A stretch of 53,695 bases of DNA, taken from contig CAZIVF010000002.1 of NCBI GenBank assembly GCA_964542725.1, forward strand, positions 1 through 53,695. The letters are read 5' to 3'. The notes beneath the pieces are model-generated. The model was not told where the DNA came from. It saw only the letters and a list, made by a program, of their open reading frames with translations, and searched no databases. Source of the stretch: an uncultured Subdoligranulum sp. GTDB taxonomy: Bacteria > Bacillota > Clostridia > Oscillospirales > Ruminococcaceae. A program made the position numbers and the translations under genes. This document shows, piece after piece, positions 34,106-45,516 of the stretch (the stretch's first letter is position 1; each line of letters begins with the position of its first letter).

Positions 34106-35531
34106 AGAAGGTTTCCACTCCTTTCTTGCGGGCGAGGACCGTATCAAAACGGTCGATATACTCGTTGGGATATTTGTAGTTGAAGATGCGCTGGATCTTG
34201 CCCCGGCGCGCGCCGGGGATAACCAGCTTAGTGGAGCCGCCCGCCCCGGCTGAGAGGATAGAGTGTATCTCCTCCATGATATAGATATTGTACAGGCACT
34301 CCCGCCCCGGCTTGGCCCAGCCTATGTTCTCCAGGTTCTGCAGGGTGCCTTTTTGACGGTAGAGGTAGTAGGGGCGGTAGCCCGTCTGCTCCAACAGGGC
34401 GCTTTGTTCCAGCATAGCGGCCACATCATCATATGCGGCGGCGCGGCGCTCCACCACCAGATCGGAGGCCCGCTTGAGGGTGAGGGTGTGGACCGTGATA
34501 TTCTCGGGCTGCAGTTCAATGGCGGTGCGAAGGCTGCGGGCAAACCCGTCCACCGTATCGCCGGGAAGCCCTGCGATGAGATCCATGTTAATGTTGCCAT
34601 GCCCGGCGGCGCGGGCGGCGGCAAAACAATCCAGAATATCCCGGGCGGTGTGGCGGCGGCCGATGGCGCGCAGCACCTCGTCCGAAAAGGTCTGCGGATT
34701 GATGGAGATGCGGGTGGCGCCGTACTGCTTGAGGATGCGCAGCTTCTCCTCGTCGGTGCAGTCGGGCCGGCCCGCCTCCACGGTGTATTCGTCCAGCGCC
34801 GCCAGGTCAAAGGTGGCGGCGATATGCCCCATCAGCTGGCGCAGCTGGGCGGCGCTGAGGCTGGTGGGGGTGCCGCCGCCGATATAGAAGGTGCGGATGC
34901 GCAGGCCGCAGCGGTCCGCGATCTCCCGGATAGCGGTCAGTTCCCGGCAGAGTTTGTCCACATAGGGCTGCACCAGGGCCTGGGTGGTTCTATCCCCCAC
35001 CGTGCGGGAGACAAAGCTGCAGTAGCTGCACCGGGTGGGGCAGAACGGGATGCCCGCGTAGACGCTACAGTCCATCGGCCCCGCCCCCTCCAGCACGGGG
35101 CGCTGCAGATCGGCAATGCGGCGGGCCAGGTCAAATTTTTGCGGCGTGCAGCGGAAATGATCCAAAAAGCGAGCGGCCACCTCCGCTTCCGGCGCGCCGG
35201 CAGCCCGCAAGTCGTGAATAATGCGCACCGGGCGCACGCCGGTCATCATGCCCCAGGGCGGGCGGATGCCGGTGTACCGGCCCAGCATCCCATACAGCAG
35301 GCTGCACAGGGCGTATTCGGCCTCCCCCGGGTCGGACGGGGCCGGGGCGGCCTGCCAGCACAGGCGGCCCGCCAGACGCAGCAGCACCAGCTGGGTACAG
35401 TCCCCCGCCAGGGCGGCAACAGCATCGCCCTCGGCGGGGAAGAGTTCGGCGCGCCGGGCGCCGGGGAAGAAGAGGCGGACGGTATGCTCGGCCTCATAGC
35501 CGGCAGCCGCGCCCCGCAGAATGATTTGCAT
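34071..35531 (-). CDS. hemZ: coproporphyrinogen dehydrogenase HemZ (HemN-like radical SAM)
   Basis: PWGMMTGVRP, GIPFCPTRCSYCSF, YIGGGTP, EAGRPD, RISINPQT, PYYLYRQK. Confidence 0.92.
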   Translation of the reverse strand: MQIILRGAAAGYEAEHTVRLFFPGARRAELFPAEGDAVAALAGDCTQLVLLRLAGRLCWQAAPAPSDPGEAEYALCSLLYGMLGRYTGIRPPWGMMTGVRPVRIIHDLRAAGAPEAEVAARFLDHFRCTPQKFDLARRIADLQRPVLEGAGPMDCSVYAGIPFCPTRCSYCSFVSRTVGDRTTQALVQPYVDKLCRELTAIREIADRCGLRIRTFYIGGGTPTSLSAAQLRQLMGHIAATFDLAALDEYTVEAGRPDCTDEEKLRILKQYGATRISINPQTFSDEVLRAIGRRHTARDILDCFAAARAAGHGNINMDLIAGLPGDTVDGFARSLRTAIELQPENITVHTLTLKRASDLVVERRAAAYDDVAAMLEQSALLEQTGYRPYYLYRQKGTLQNLENIGWAKPGRECLYNIYIMEEIHSILSAGAGGSTKLVIPGARRGKIQRIFNYKYPNEYIDRFDTVLARKKGVETFYETYAQAAGRL

Positions 35532-35564
35532 AGAAGCCTCCGTAACGGGGGATTGCGCTGCGGA

Positions 35565-36164
35565 TCAGTACCATTCCCCCAGCATATAGGGGTTGGTGCG
35601 GCGCTCCTGCCCCAAGGTGGTGAAAGACTCATGCCCAGGGTAAACCCGGGTCTCGTCGGGCAGGGGCAGGTTGGCCAGCAGGGAGAGGCTCTGCCGCATC
35701 TGCTGCGCGCTGCCGCCCGGCAGGTCCACCCGGCCGCAGGAGCCGGCGAACAGGGTGTCGCCGCTGAACAGATGGCCGCCGCACCAGAAGCACCAGCTGC
35801 CCTTGGTATGCCCCGGCGTGTGCCAGCAGCGGAACTCCAACTCGTCGATGGTGAAAGTTCCCTGCGCCGGGTAGGCAGCGTCGCCCCCGCGCAGCGGGAA
35901 CATGCTGTTGCCCTGAGCATCGGCAGGGTCGATCCAAACCTGCGCGCCGGTGCGGCGCTTCAGTTCCTCCACCGCTCCCACATGGTCATAGTGGCCGTGG
36001 GTCAGCAGAATGTGAGTGAGCGCCGCGTTATGCCCGGCCAGCGCGTCCAGGTAGCGCTGCGCCGAGGCGGCGGGGTCGACGGCGATGGCATGGCCCGTCT
36101 GGGTGAAAATCAAAAAGGTGTTGGTCCACAGCGGCGAAGGGCCGGGAATAGAAAGCAGTTCCAT
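35565..36164 (-). CDS. MBL-fold metallo-hydrolase (glyoxalase II-like)
   Basis: THGHYDHVG, HTPGHT, FSGDTLF, YPGH. RBS AAGGAGG. Confidence 0.92.
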   Translation of the reverse strand: MELLSIPGPSPLWTNTFLIFTQTGHAIAVDPAASAQRYLDALAGHNAALTHILLTHGHYDHVGAVEELKRRTGAQVWIDPADAQGNSMFPLRGGDAAYPAQGTFTIDELEFRCWHTPGHTKGSWCFWCGGHLFSGDTLFAGSCGRVDLPGGSAQQMRQSLSLLANLPLPDETRVYPGHESFTTLGQERRTNPYMLGEWY

Positions 36165-36288
36165 GGGAACCTCCTTGTTGTCAGACGTGGAAAATCGGAT
36201 TTTGTGGCAGCGGGGGGCAGGGAGGCCCCGCATCAATCTGGCGGCAGGGTCTTCGTTAGGGCTGCGGGGCGGGATCGGTTCGGGGTTC

Positions 36289-36744
36289 CTAGCGCTTCCA
36301 CTCGTCGGTGTCGATGATGATGGTGATGGGGCCGTCGTTGGTCAAGGTCAGCTGCATGTCGGCGCCGAACTCACCATGCCGCACCTCTTTCAGGCCCTGC
36401 TTTCCCAGTTCCTCCAGGAAGGCTTTGTAGGCGGTGTCGGCTGCCTCCCCCTTGGCGGCGCGGATAAAGCTGGGGCGCTTGCCCCGGCTGGTATCGCCGT
36501 ACAGGGTGAAGTTGGAGACCACCAGCGCCGAATAGCCCAGTTCCACCGCGCTGCGGTTGAGCTTGCCCGCCTCGTCGGGGAAGATGCGCAGATGGGCGCA
36601 CTTTTCGGCCAGTTTGGGAACGACGGCCAGCGTATCGCTCTCCCCCACTCCCAGCAGGATCGCCAGCCCGGGGCCGATGGGCCGCGGCGCGCCGCCGTCC
36701 ACTACCACCGAGGCGGAGGAGACACGTTGAATCACAGCACGCAT
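36289..36744 (-). CDS. dtd: D-aminoacyl-tRNA deacylase
   Basis: MRAVIQRV, SNFTL, GKRPSF, GEFGADM...NDGPIT. Confidence 0.95.
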   Translation of the reverse strand: MRAVIQRVSSASVVVDGGAPRPIGPGLAILLGVGESDTLAVVPKLAEKCAHLRIFPDEAGKLNRSAVELGYSALVVSNFTLYGDTSRGKRPSFIRAAKGEAADTAYKAFLEELGKQGLKEVRHGEFGADMQLTLTNDGPITIIIDTDEWKR

Positions 36745-36748
36745 GGCA

Positions 36749-38410
36749 TCAGCCTCCTATCGGCACAAGAAAATAGCAGGAATCCACCACGAATAGGATG
36801 ACGTTGGGATCGGCGGCGAAGATCGCCTGCCATTCCTCATACTGCTCCCCGGCGGTGGTGACATAGACGGTCTGCGGGTCATACCGGCCGCTTTGCAGCA
36901 GGGCGCCGGCCTCCTGGGCGGACGCCTGGGCCTGCGGGTAATCGCCGGAGACGGCGATGGAAATGTTGGTAGCAAGCCCCTGCTTGCCCGCCAGGATCGC
37001 CAGAAGGCGGCTGCGGTCCTGGCGAATCTCCCCCGTGGCCAGCAGACGGGTATGGCCCAGCCCCAGGCTCTGGGTCTGCTCGGCGTTGACAACGGTGGCG
37101 TTGATCCCGGCGGTAAAAAGAGCCCGCTTCTCCGCTGCGGCGGCGCTCAGGTCAAAGACCTGCACCGCCAGCACGGCGGCCAGCAGCAGGCAGGCCGCGC
37201 CGGGGCGGCGGACGGCCCCGGCCAGGGTGTACAGGCCGAACAGCAGGATGCAGGCCCCCACCAAATAGAACATCCGTCCGCTGGCGCGGAAGATGCCGCA
37301 CAGATTCACAAGCCACCCGGGCAGCGGCAGCGTGAAGCCCGCGCCGCCCCAATAGACGTTGTTGGAGACGGCGAAGAGGGTCAGAAAGACGCAGGCTGCA
37401 AACAGCGGGCCGTTGCGCCGCCACCACGCCCCCGCACCGCGGCGGTGCAGACCGGCCCAGGCAAGTGCGGCGGCGGCCAGCCCCAGCGCGCCCAGGCCAA
37501 GATAATTGAAGCCGTCATACTGGGCGGGCAGCTGTGGCAGGGTAGGCAGCAGCCGGGACCAGGTATAATGCCCCCGGGAGGAGGGATTTAAAAGGGCGTT
37601 GAGATTCATCGAGAAGTCGCCGTAGCCCCCCCGCGAAGCGGAGACCCCGCCGCCTACAGCGCCGCAGAGCAGGCCGCCTGCCAGCGCTGAGGCCAGCGGG
37701 ACGCCCAGCACGGCGGCAGCCCGGGGCCAGCGGCGGGTCAGGCGGGCGCAGTCGACAGCTGCCAGCAGGGCGCAGACCATGACCGGCGGCAAAAAGTAAG
37801 GATGGATGCCCACCGCCGCGAAGCTCAGCAGCGGGAAGGCCCAGGGGAAGCGCGCCCTTCCCTGCCCCAGCTGCGCCCGGTACTCCAGGTAGGCGTAGAG
37901 GGCAAACAGGTAAAGCCAATGGCTGGCCAGCGCCGTGTGGCGGAAGGCCCGCTCCCACAGGGTCGGCAGGCAGGCGAAAAGCGCGCCGCCCAGCACGGCG
38001 AAGGGCAGGTTGCCCCGGCGCAGCGCAAGCAGCGCGCCGGCGGCCCCCTGCAGAGCGAAGCAGGCCAGCACATACCAGCCGAACCACTGGAAGGTAGCTG
38101 GCAGTACGCCGCGCAGCAGTTTGAAGAAGATGCTGGCCCAGGGGATACTGTCGGTATAAGAGATGATGGTGCCATCCGGCGCGGCGATGGTATCGGCCAG
38201 CCCCAGCGGGAAGGCCCAATGGCTGTTGCGGAAGAGCAGCCAGCCCGCATAGTGTTGCTGCACGTCAGTCTCATCGTAGCCGTTCAGGATCCAGGCATCC
38301 CAGCCCACGTTCAGGGGCGCCGTGCCGTAGACCCACAGAAATACCAGGCAACCTGCCAACGCCCCCAGCAGGGCGGCCAGCATTTTTTGCTGCGGTTTCG
38401 TCAGTTTCAT
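36749..38410 (-). CDS. DUF6311-like polytopic membrane protein (probable GT-C fold)
   Basis: DVQQHYAGW..FR...W.FPLG, YTDSIP, H..LASHW, HPYF, DGFNYLGLG, FRASGR. Confidence 0.7.
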   Translation of the reverse strand: MKLTKPQQKMLAALLGALAGCLVFLWVYGTAPLNVGWDAWILNGYDETDVQQHYAGWLLFRNSHWAFPLGLADTIAAPDGTIISYTDSIPWASIFFKLLRGVLPATFQWFGWYVLACFALQGAAGALLALRRGNLPFAVLGGALFACLPTLWERAFRHTALASHWLYLFALYAYLEYRAQLGQGRARFPWAFPLLSFAAVGIHPYFLPPVMVCALLAAVDCARLTRRWPRAAAVLGVPLASALAGGLLCGAVGGGVSASRGGYGDFSMNLNALLNPSSRGHYTWSRLLPTLPQLPAQYDGFNYLGLGALGLAAAALAWAGLHRRGAGAWWRRNGPLFAACVFLTLFAVSNNVYWGGAGFTLPLPGWLVNLCGIFRASGRMFYLVGACILLFGLYTLAGAVRRPGAACLLLAAVLAVQVFDLSAAAAEKRALFTAGINATVVNAEQTQSLGLGHTRLLATGEIRQDRSRLLAILAGKQGLATNISIAVSGDYPQAQASAQEAGALLQSGRYDPQTVYVTTAGEQYEEWQAIFAADPNVILFVVDSCYFLVPIGG

Positions 38411-38416
38411 AGCGAA

Positions 38417-40582
<2,166 letters not shown>

Positions 40583-40588
40583 ACTCAC

Positions 40589-42652
40589 TCATCCCCCCTG
40601 TTTACATTCCTGGCCAGCCCCGCCGGCGGCCTGGGCCGCCAGCTTTTGCAGCACCGGCGCGCTGGCAAGGTCCCGCTTTTGGGCGGCAGGCACCGGCAGC
40701 CAGCGGCTGCCCCGCCGCTCGATCAGCCCCAACTGCTCCAGCGCGGTCAGGCTGGCCAAGGTCTTGCCGGTCTGCGCCGGCCCCTGGGCGGCGAACACCG
40801 GCTGCAGATCCGCTGCAAAAACACTGCCGTCGCGTATCTGTTTATACAGCGCTACCGTGTCTGCCCGGGCGGGCAGGAAATCCGCCGCCTGGGCGGGGTT
40901 CAGCGCTGCCCCGGCGCAGAACGCCTCAAAATGGGCCGCCTGCTCGCTGGGCTGGTTGCCTAAGCCCGCCGGGCGGATTCCCTTCAGGTGGGCGGAGACC
41001 ATCGGCCCCGACCGCCCGGTGAAGATGCCGACCTCAATGGCCGCATCCACCGCCGCCCCCATCGGGTAGGCAAAATCCTCCGGCGCGGTGCCGAATAGCG
41101 AGACAAAGCAGGCCGCGCCGCCCTGGCGCAGCCGCAGACGGGTGTGGCGCTTCTCACTCCCCAGCGGCCAGATACCGTCGATCCGGGCGCCGCGCACCAG
41201 AAGCAGCGGCACCGGGTTGCCCCGGCCAAAGGGAGCCAGCCGCTCAAACCCCTGCACAGCGGGTACGGTCAGTTCCGCCACCTCCACGGCGGCATCCAGT
41301 TCCAGCGGCAGGATCTGCGGGACCGGGTATTCTCGGGCTGCCCAGGCGTTGACCGCCCGGCGGAAGTCATCCAGTTTTTTTCTCTCAATGAGCAGCCCCG
41401 CCGCCCCGGCGTGGCCGCCGTAGCGGATCAGATGCGGGGCGCAGGCCGCCAGCGCGCTGTGCAGATTAAAGGCGCCCGGCGCCCGGCCGCTGCCGCGCCC
41501 TTCCGCCCCCTGCAGCGAGACGACGATGACGGGGCGGGCATACCGCTCCGCCAGGCGGCTGGCCACAATGCCGATGACCCCGGCGTGCCAGTTTTCCCCC
41601 GCCACCACGATCACCCGGTCATGGGCGCGGGCGGGGTCGGCGGCCAGCTGGGCCTGCGCCTCTGCAAAAAGCTTCTGCTCGGTCTGCTGGCGCTCGGCGT
41701 TGATCTCGGTCAGGCGGGCCGCGATCCCCTGGGCCTGCTCCTCACTGCCGCAGAGCAGCAGCTTGAGAGCCACCGAGGCATTGTCCATCCGGCCGGCGGC
41801 GTTGAGCCGGGGGGCCAGGCCGAAACTGACCGTCTCGGCAGTGACGGGGCGGCCCGCATAACCGGCGCTCTCCAGCAGCGCCTGCAGGCCGGGGCGCACC
41901 GTCTCCTGCAGGAGGGCCAGCCCCTCCCGCACCAGGGTGCGGTTCTCCCCCACCAGCGGCATCACGTCGGCGATGGTGCCGAGGGCCGCCAGATCGCCGT
42001 ACATATCCAGCAGTTCGGCGGGGTCGCACGCTTCGAGGGCAGCGGCCAGTTTGAAGGCCACCCCCGCGCCGCACAGGTCCTTGAAAGGGCTTTCGTCGTC
42101 GGCGCGCTGGGGATCCACCACCGCCACGGCCTCCGGCAGAGGATCGGGGGGCAGATGGTGGTCGGTGATGACCAGATCGATCCCCAATTCCTTGGCGAAA
42201 GCCGCCTCCTCCACCGCGGAGATGCCGTTGTCCACCGTGACGACCAGGGTATAGCCCTTGCCCGCCAAGCTCCTAAGCACATCGCGGTTGATGCCGTAGC
42301 CGCCGCCGTCCCGGGTAGGCAGCTTGCAGCGCACCTGAGCGCCCAGGTTGGAGAGATAGTCGTACAGGATCGCGGTGGCGCAGACGCCATCCACATCATA
42401 ATCGCCAAAGATGACGACGGGTTCCCCCTCCTCGACGGCGCGGCGGATACGGGCCACCGCCTTTTCCATATCCTTGAGCAGATAGGGGTCGGTGAGAGCC
42501 GTACCGCCGCCCAGCAGCGGCGCGGCCGCCTGGGGGTCGGTAATGCCGCGGGCCGCCAGCACGCGGGCCGCCAGCGGGCCGCAGCCCGTCCCGGCCAACG
42601 CCTGCTCCCCCGCAGGGTTAGCCGGTTTGAGCTGCCAAGCACGATAGTTCAT
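40589..42652 (-). CDS. recJ: single-stranded DNA exonuclease RecJ
   Basis: GDYDVDG, TVDNG, TDHH, PRLNAAGR, GSGR, GGH. Confidence 0.95.
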   Translation of the reverse strand: MNYRAWQLKPANPAGEQALAGTGCGPLAARVLAARGITDPQAAAPLLGGGTALTDPYLLKDMEKAVARIRRAVEEGEPVVIFGDYDVDGVCATAILYDYLSNLGAQVRCKLPTRDGGGYGINRDVLRSLAGKGYTLVVTVDNGISAVEEAAFAKELGIDLVITDHHLPPDPLPEAVAVVDPQRADDESPFKDLCGAGVAFKLAAALEACDPAELLDMYGDLAALGTIADVMPLVGENRTLVREGLALLQETVRPGLQALLESAGYAGRPVTAETVSFGLAPRLNAAGRMDNASVALKLLLCGSEEQAQGIAARLTEINAERQQTEQKLFAEAQAQLAADPARAHDRVIVVAGENWHAGVIGIVASRLAERYARPVIVVSLQGAEGRGSGRAPGAFNLHSALAACAPHLIRYGGHAGAAGLLIERKKLDDFRRAVNAWAAREYPVPQILPLELDAAVEVAELTVPAVQGFERLAPFGRGNPVPLLLVRGARIDGIWPLGSEKRHTRLRLRQGGAACFVSLFGTAPEDFAYPMGAAVDAAIEVGIFTGRSGPMVSAHLKGIRPAGLGNQPSEQAAHFEAFCAGAALNPAQAADFLPARADTVALYKQIRDGSVFAADLQPVFAAQGPAQTGKTLASLTALEQLGLIERRGSRWLPVPAAQKRDLASAPVLQKLAAQAAGGAGQECKQGG

Positions 42653-42699
42653 AGCGCTTCCTCTTCTCCCAATAGCTTCCTCTATAGCATCCGTTTGGC

Positions 42700-43854
42700 T
42701 CAGCGGTTTTGGCTCCCAAAATCGCTGCCAAAATCATGGATCAGCCCATCCTGGCTGAGCATGGCCTCCAGGGTATCGATCTCCGCCGAAACGTCCAGCG
42801 AGACATCCTGCAGCAGCGTATCGTACAGGCGGCCGTAGGCTAGATTCAGGGTGTGCAGGATGCCGGTGATGTCCCGCCGGATCGCCTCGGCCCCCTCGGT
42901 GCCGGTATCCCCCAGGCCCATGGCGGTATCCAGCAGCTTGCGGGTGGTCGGCAGGTAATACTCCGCAAAGCGGCGCACCCGGGGCAGCTGGGCGGGGTGG
43001 TTGTGGATAAAGCCCACGATGGAGGCGCAGGTCCTGCGCATTGCCTCCAGTTCAAGGTCGGCGTCAGGGGTCAGCTTGCCTCGGCAGCGGCCCAAATAGT
43101 TGATGAAATCCACACCCTTTTCCCGGAAAATCTCCATGTCGGTCTTTTCCTCCGGGGCAGCGGCTGCGGCGGGTTCCGGTTCCGTCCGGGGGGCCGACTG
43201 ATACAGCTCGGCGTCCAGATACAGGGTCTGCTCCGCCCGGTCCAGGCAGGCGTCGGGCAGATGCCCGGCGGCGACGGCCTGCCGCAGATCCCGCAGGGCC
43301 TTTTCCCGGCTTTTGGAGGCGCCCCGTGCCAGATCCGCCACCGGCTCGGTCCAGGTGCGGGCGGCGCGCAGATACCGGCACAGCCGGCCAAAGTAGCTGC
43401 CCTTGCGGCAGCCAATCCACCCCACAACGCCGAAGCCGAGGGTTATCGGCGCAAAGCAGAGCGTCAGGATGGGAAACACCTGGAATTCATCGGCGGTGAG
43501 CCCCAGCGGCCCCGGGCCGACGCCCCACAGGATGGCCATGACCAAGGTGGCAATGGCGAAGCTGCCCGCAAAGAACCAGCCGCAGAACCCCATGCCCCAA
43601 AAAAAGTCATCCCGGCTTCTCTTGAGTTTGCGCTCCAAGCTGCGGCGGTAAGCGGTGAAGCTATCCGGCGCGGCGGGGCGCACGGCGTCGGCGGCTTCCC
43701 GCAGGGCGTCGGAAATACTGCTCAGTACGCTGCTGCCCACCTGGCTTCCCACGCACACCGCGCCGTTGACAAGATCATCCAGGTCGCCGAAATCCGCAGG
43801 GCCGTAGTGGGCGGATCGCCGCTTTTCCTCATTGTCTTTGCAAGGGTGCTGCAT
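42700..43854 (-). CDS. 5-bromo-4-chloroindolyl phosphate hydrolysis (XpaC-like) membrane protein
   Basis: two TM helices, then C-terminal RRFAEYYLPTTRKLL...LDVSAEIDTLEAMLSQDGL typical of the family. Confidence 0.75.
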   Translation of the reverse strand: MQHPCKDNEEKRRSAHYGPADFGDLDDLVNGAVCVGSQVGSSVLSSISDALREAADAVRPAAPDSFTAYRRSLERKLKRSRDDFFWGMGFCGWFFAGSFAIATLVMAILWGVGPGPLGLTADEFQVFPILTLCFAPITLGFGVVGWIGCRKGSYFGRLCRYLRAARTWTEPVADLARGASKSREKALRDLRQAVAAGHLPDACLDRAEQTLYLDAELYQSAPRTEPEPAAAAAPEEKTDMEIFREKGVDFINYLGRCRGKLTPDADLELEAMRRTCASIVGFIHNHPAQLPRVRRFAEYYLPTTRKLLDTAMGLGDTGTEGAEAIRRDITGILHTLNLAYGRLYDTLLQDVSLDVSAEIDTLEAMLSQDGLIHDFGSDFGSQNR

Positions 43855-43876
43855 GGTCGGCTTCCTTTCTTTTTTC

Positions 43877-45472
43877 TCACGCCAGGCTGGGGGCCTGTTC
43901 CTTCATCAGGGCAGCGGCGCAGCGCACGCCGTCCACGGCGGCGGTCATGATGCCGCCCGCATAGCCCGCGCCCTCGCCGCAGGGATAAAGGCCCTCCAGG
44001 GCGGTGCATTGCAGATTTTCCCTCCGGGGCATCCGCACCGGGCTGCTGGTGCGGGTCTCCAGGCCGGTGAGCACTCCGTCGGGGGCGCGGTAGGCGGCCA
44101 GCTTCCCGCCAAAAGCGGTGAGGCCCTGGCGCAGCGCGCCGCTCAATTCCGGCGGCAGCAGGCTGCCCAGGTCACAGGGAGTCACGCCGCGGGGGTAGGT
44201 GGGCTGCACCGAGCCAAGTTCCAGGCGGCCCCGCCCCTGCAAGAAACTCCCCACCGTCTCGGCGGGGGCCAGGTACCTGCCGCCGCCCGCCCTGTAAGCG
44301 GCCTGCTCCAGCCCGCGCTGGAAGGCGATAGCCTTGGCGGGGTCGTTGCCAAAATCGCTGCCATCCACGCTGACCACCACCGCCGCGTTGGCGTTGCGGC
44401 CGGCGCGGGCGTGGAGGCTCATTCCGTTTGTGACCACGCCGCCCGCCTCGCTGGCGGCGGCGCAGACGGTGCCGCCGGGACACATGCAGAAGGTGTAGAC
44501 GCACCGCCCGCCGATGTGCTGGCTCAGCTGGTACTCCCCCTTGGGCAGGGCCGGATGGCCTGCCGCAGCGTGATAGAGGCTTTTGTCGATCTCGCTTTGC
44601 AGATGCTCCGCCCGGAGCCCCACCGAGAAGGGCTTGCAGGCCAGCGGCAGGCCGGCCTGCGCCAGCATGGCGAAGGTATCCCGGGCGCTGTGGCCCACCG
44701 CCAGGATCAGCCGCTCACAGGGGAGTTCCCCCGCCGTGGTGGAGATGCCGGTCAGCGCGCCGCCCCGGCTGTGCAGGCCGGTGAGAGCGGTGCGGAACCG
44801 TACCTCGCCGCCCAGGGCCTCAATCTCCGCGCGGATGGAGGTGATGACACCCCGCAGAAGATCGGTTCCCACATGGGGCTTCTGCCGCCAGGCGATATCC
44901 GCCGGGGCGCCGTGCGCCAGCAGGGCGTCGGTGACAAAGGCGCAGAGCGGGTCCCCCACCCGGGTGGTCAGCTTGCCGTCCGAGAAGGTTCCCGCGCCGC
45001 CCTCGCCAAATTGGATGTTGGCGCTCTCGTCCAGGATCCCTTCCCCCTCAAAGCGCGCCACCGCCCGCACCCGTTCGGCCAGCGCGGGGCCGCGCTCCAA
45101 CACCAGCGGGCGGTAGCCCTGGCGGGCCAGCAGCAGCGCGGCGAACAGCCCCGCCGGGCCAAGGCCCACCACCACCGGACGGTGGGCCAGCGGCGCAGCG
45201 CCCACGGGGAAGGAAAATTCCGGCTTTTGGGTGAAACAGACGCAGGGCGAGGCCCCGGCGTAAGCCGATTCCTCACCCTCGTCTTTGAGCGTGATGGCGA
45301 CGGTAGCCACCAGCACGGGCGTACCGTGCCTGGCGTCCACCGAGAGTTTGGCGATCCCGCTGCAGGCCGCCTTGCGGGGCGGCAGGCGCAGGATGCGCAG
45401 GGCCTGGCGGACCGCCTCGGCCTCATGGTCGGGGCAGGAGAGCGGCAGGCGGATATTGCGGACCAAAAGCAT
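43877..45472 (-). CDS. NAD(P)/FAD-dependent oxidoreductase
   Basis: VVVGLGPAGLFAA, FGEGGAGTFSDGKL, TFCMCPGG, ETRTSSP, GEGAGYAGGI. Confidence 0.9.
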   Translation of the reverse strand: MLLVRNIRLPLSCPDHEAEAVRQALRILRLPPRKAACSGIAKLSVDARHGTPVLVATVAITLKDEGEESAYAGASPCVCFTQKPEFSFPVGAAPLAHRPVVVGLGPAGLFAALLLARQGYRPLVLERGPALAERVRAVARFEGEGILDESANIQFGEGGAGTFSDGKLTTRVGDPLCAFVTDALLAHGAPADIAWRQKPHVGTDLLRGVITSIRAEIEALGGEVRFRTALTGLHSRGGALTGISTTAGELPCERLILAVGHSARDTFAMLAQAGLPLACKPFSVGLRAEHLQSEIDKSLYHAAAGHPALPKGEYQLSQHIGGRCVYTFCMCPGGTVCAAASEAGGVVTNGMSLHARAGRNANAAVVVSVDGSDFGNDPAKAIAFQRGLEQAAYRAGGGRYLAPAETVGSFLQGRGRLELGSVQPTYPRGVTPCDLGSLLPPELSGALRQGLTAFGGKLAAYRAPDGVLTGLETRTSSPVRMPRRENLQCTALEGLYPCGEGAGYAGGIMTAAVDGVRCAAALMKEQAPSLA

Positions 45473-45516
45473 AGGCGCAAAGACCTTTCCTGGTAGTGGA
45501 AGCCGCCGGGCGGGGG

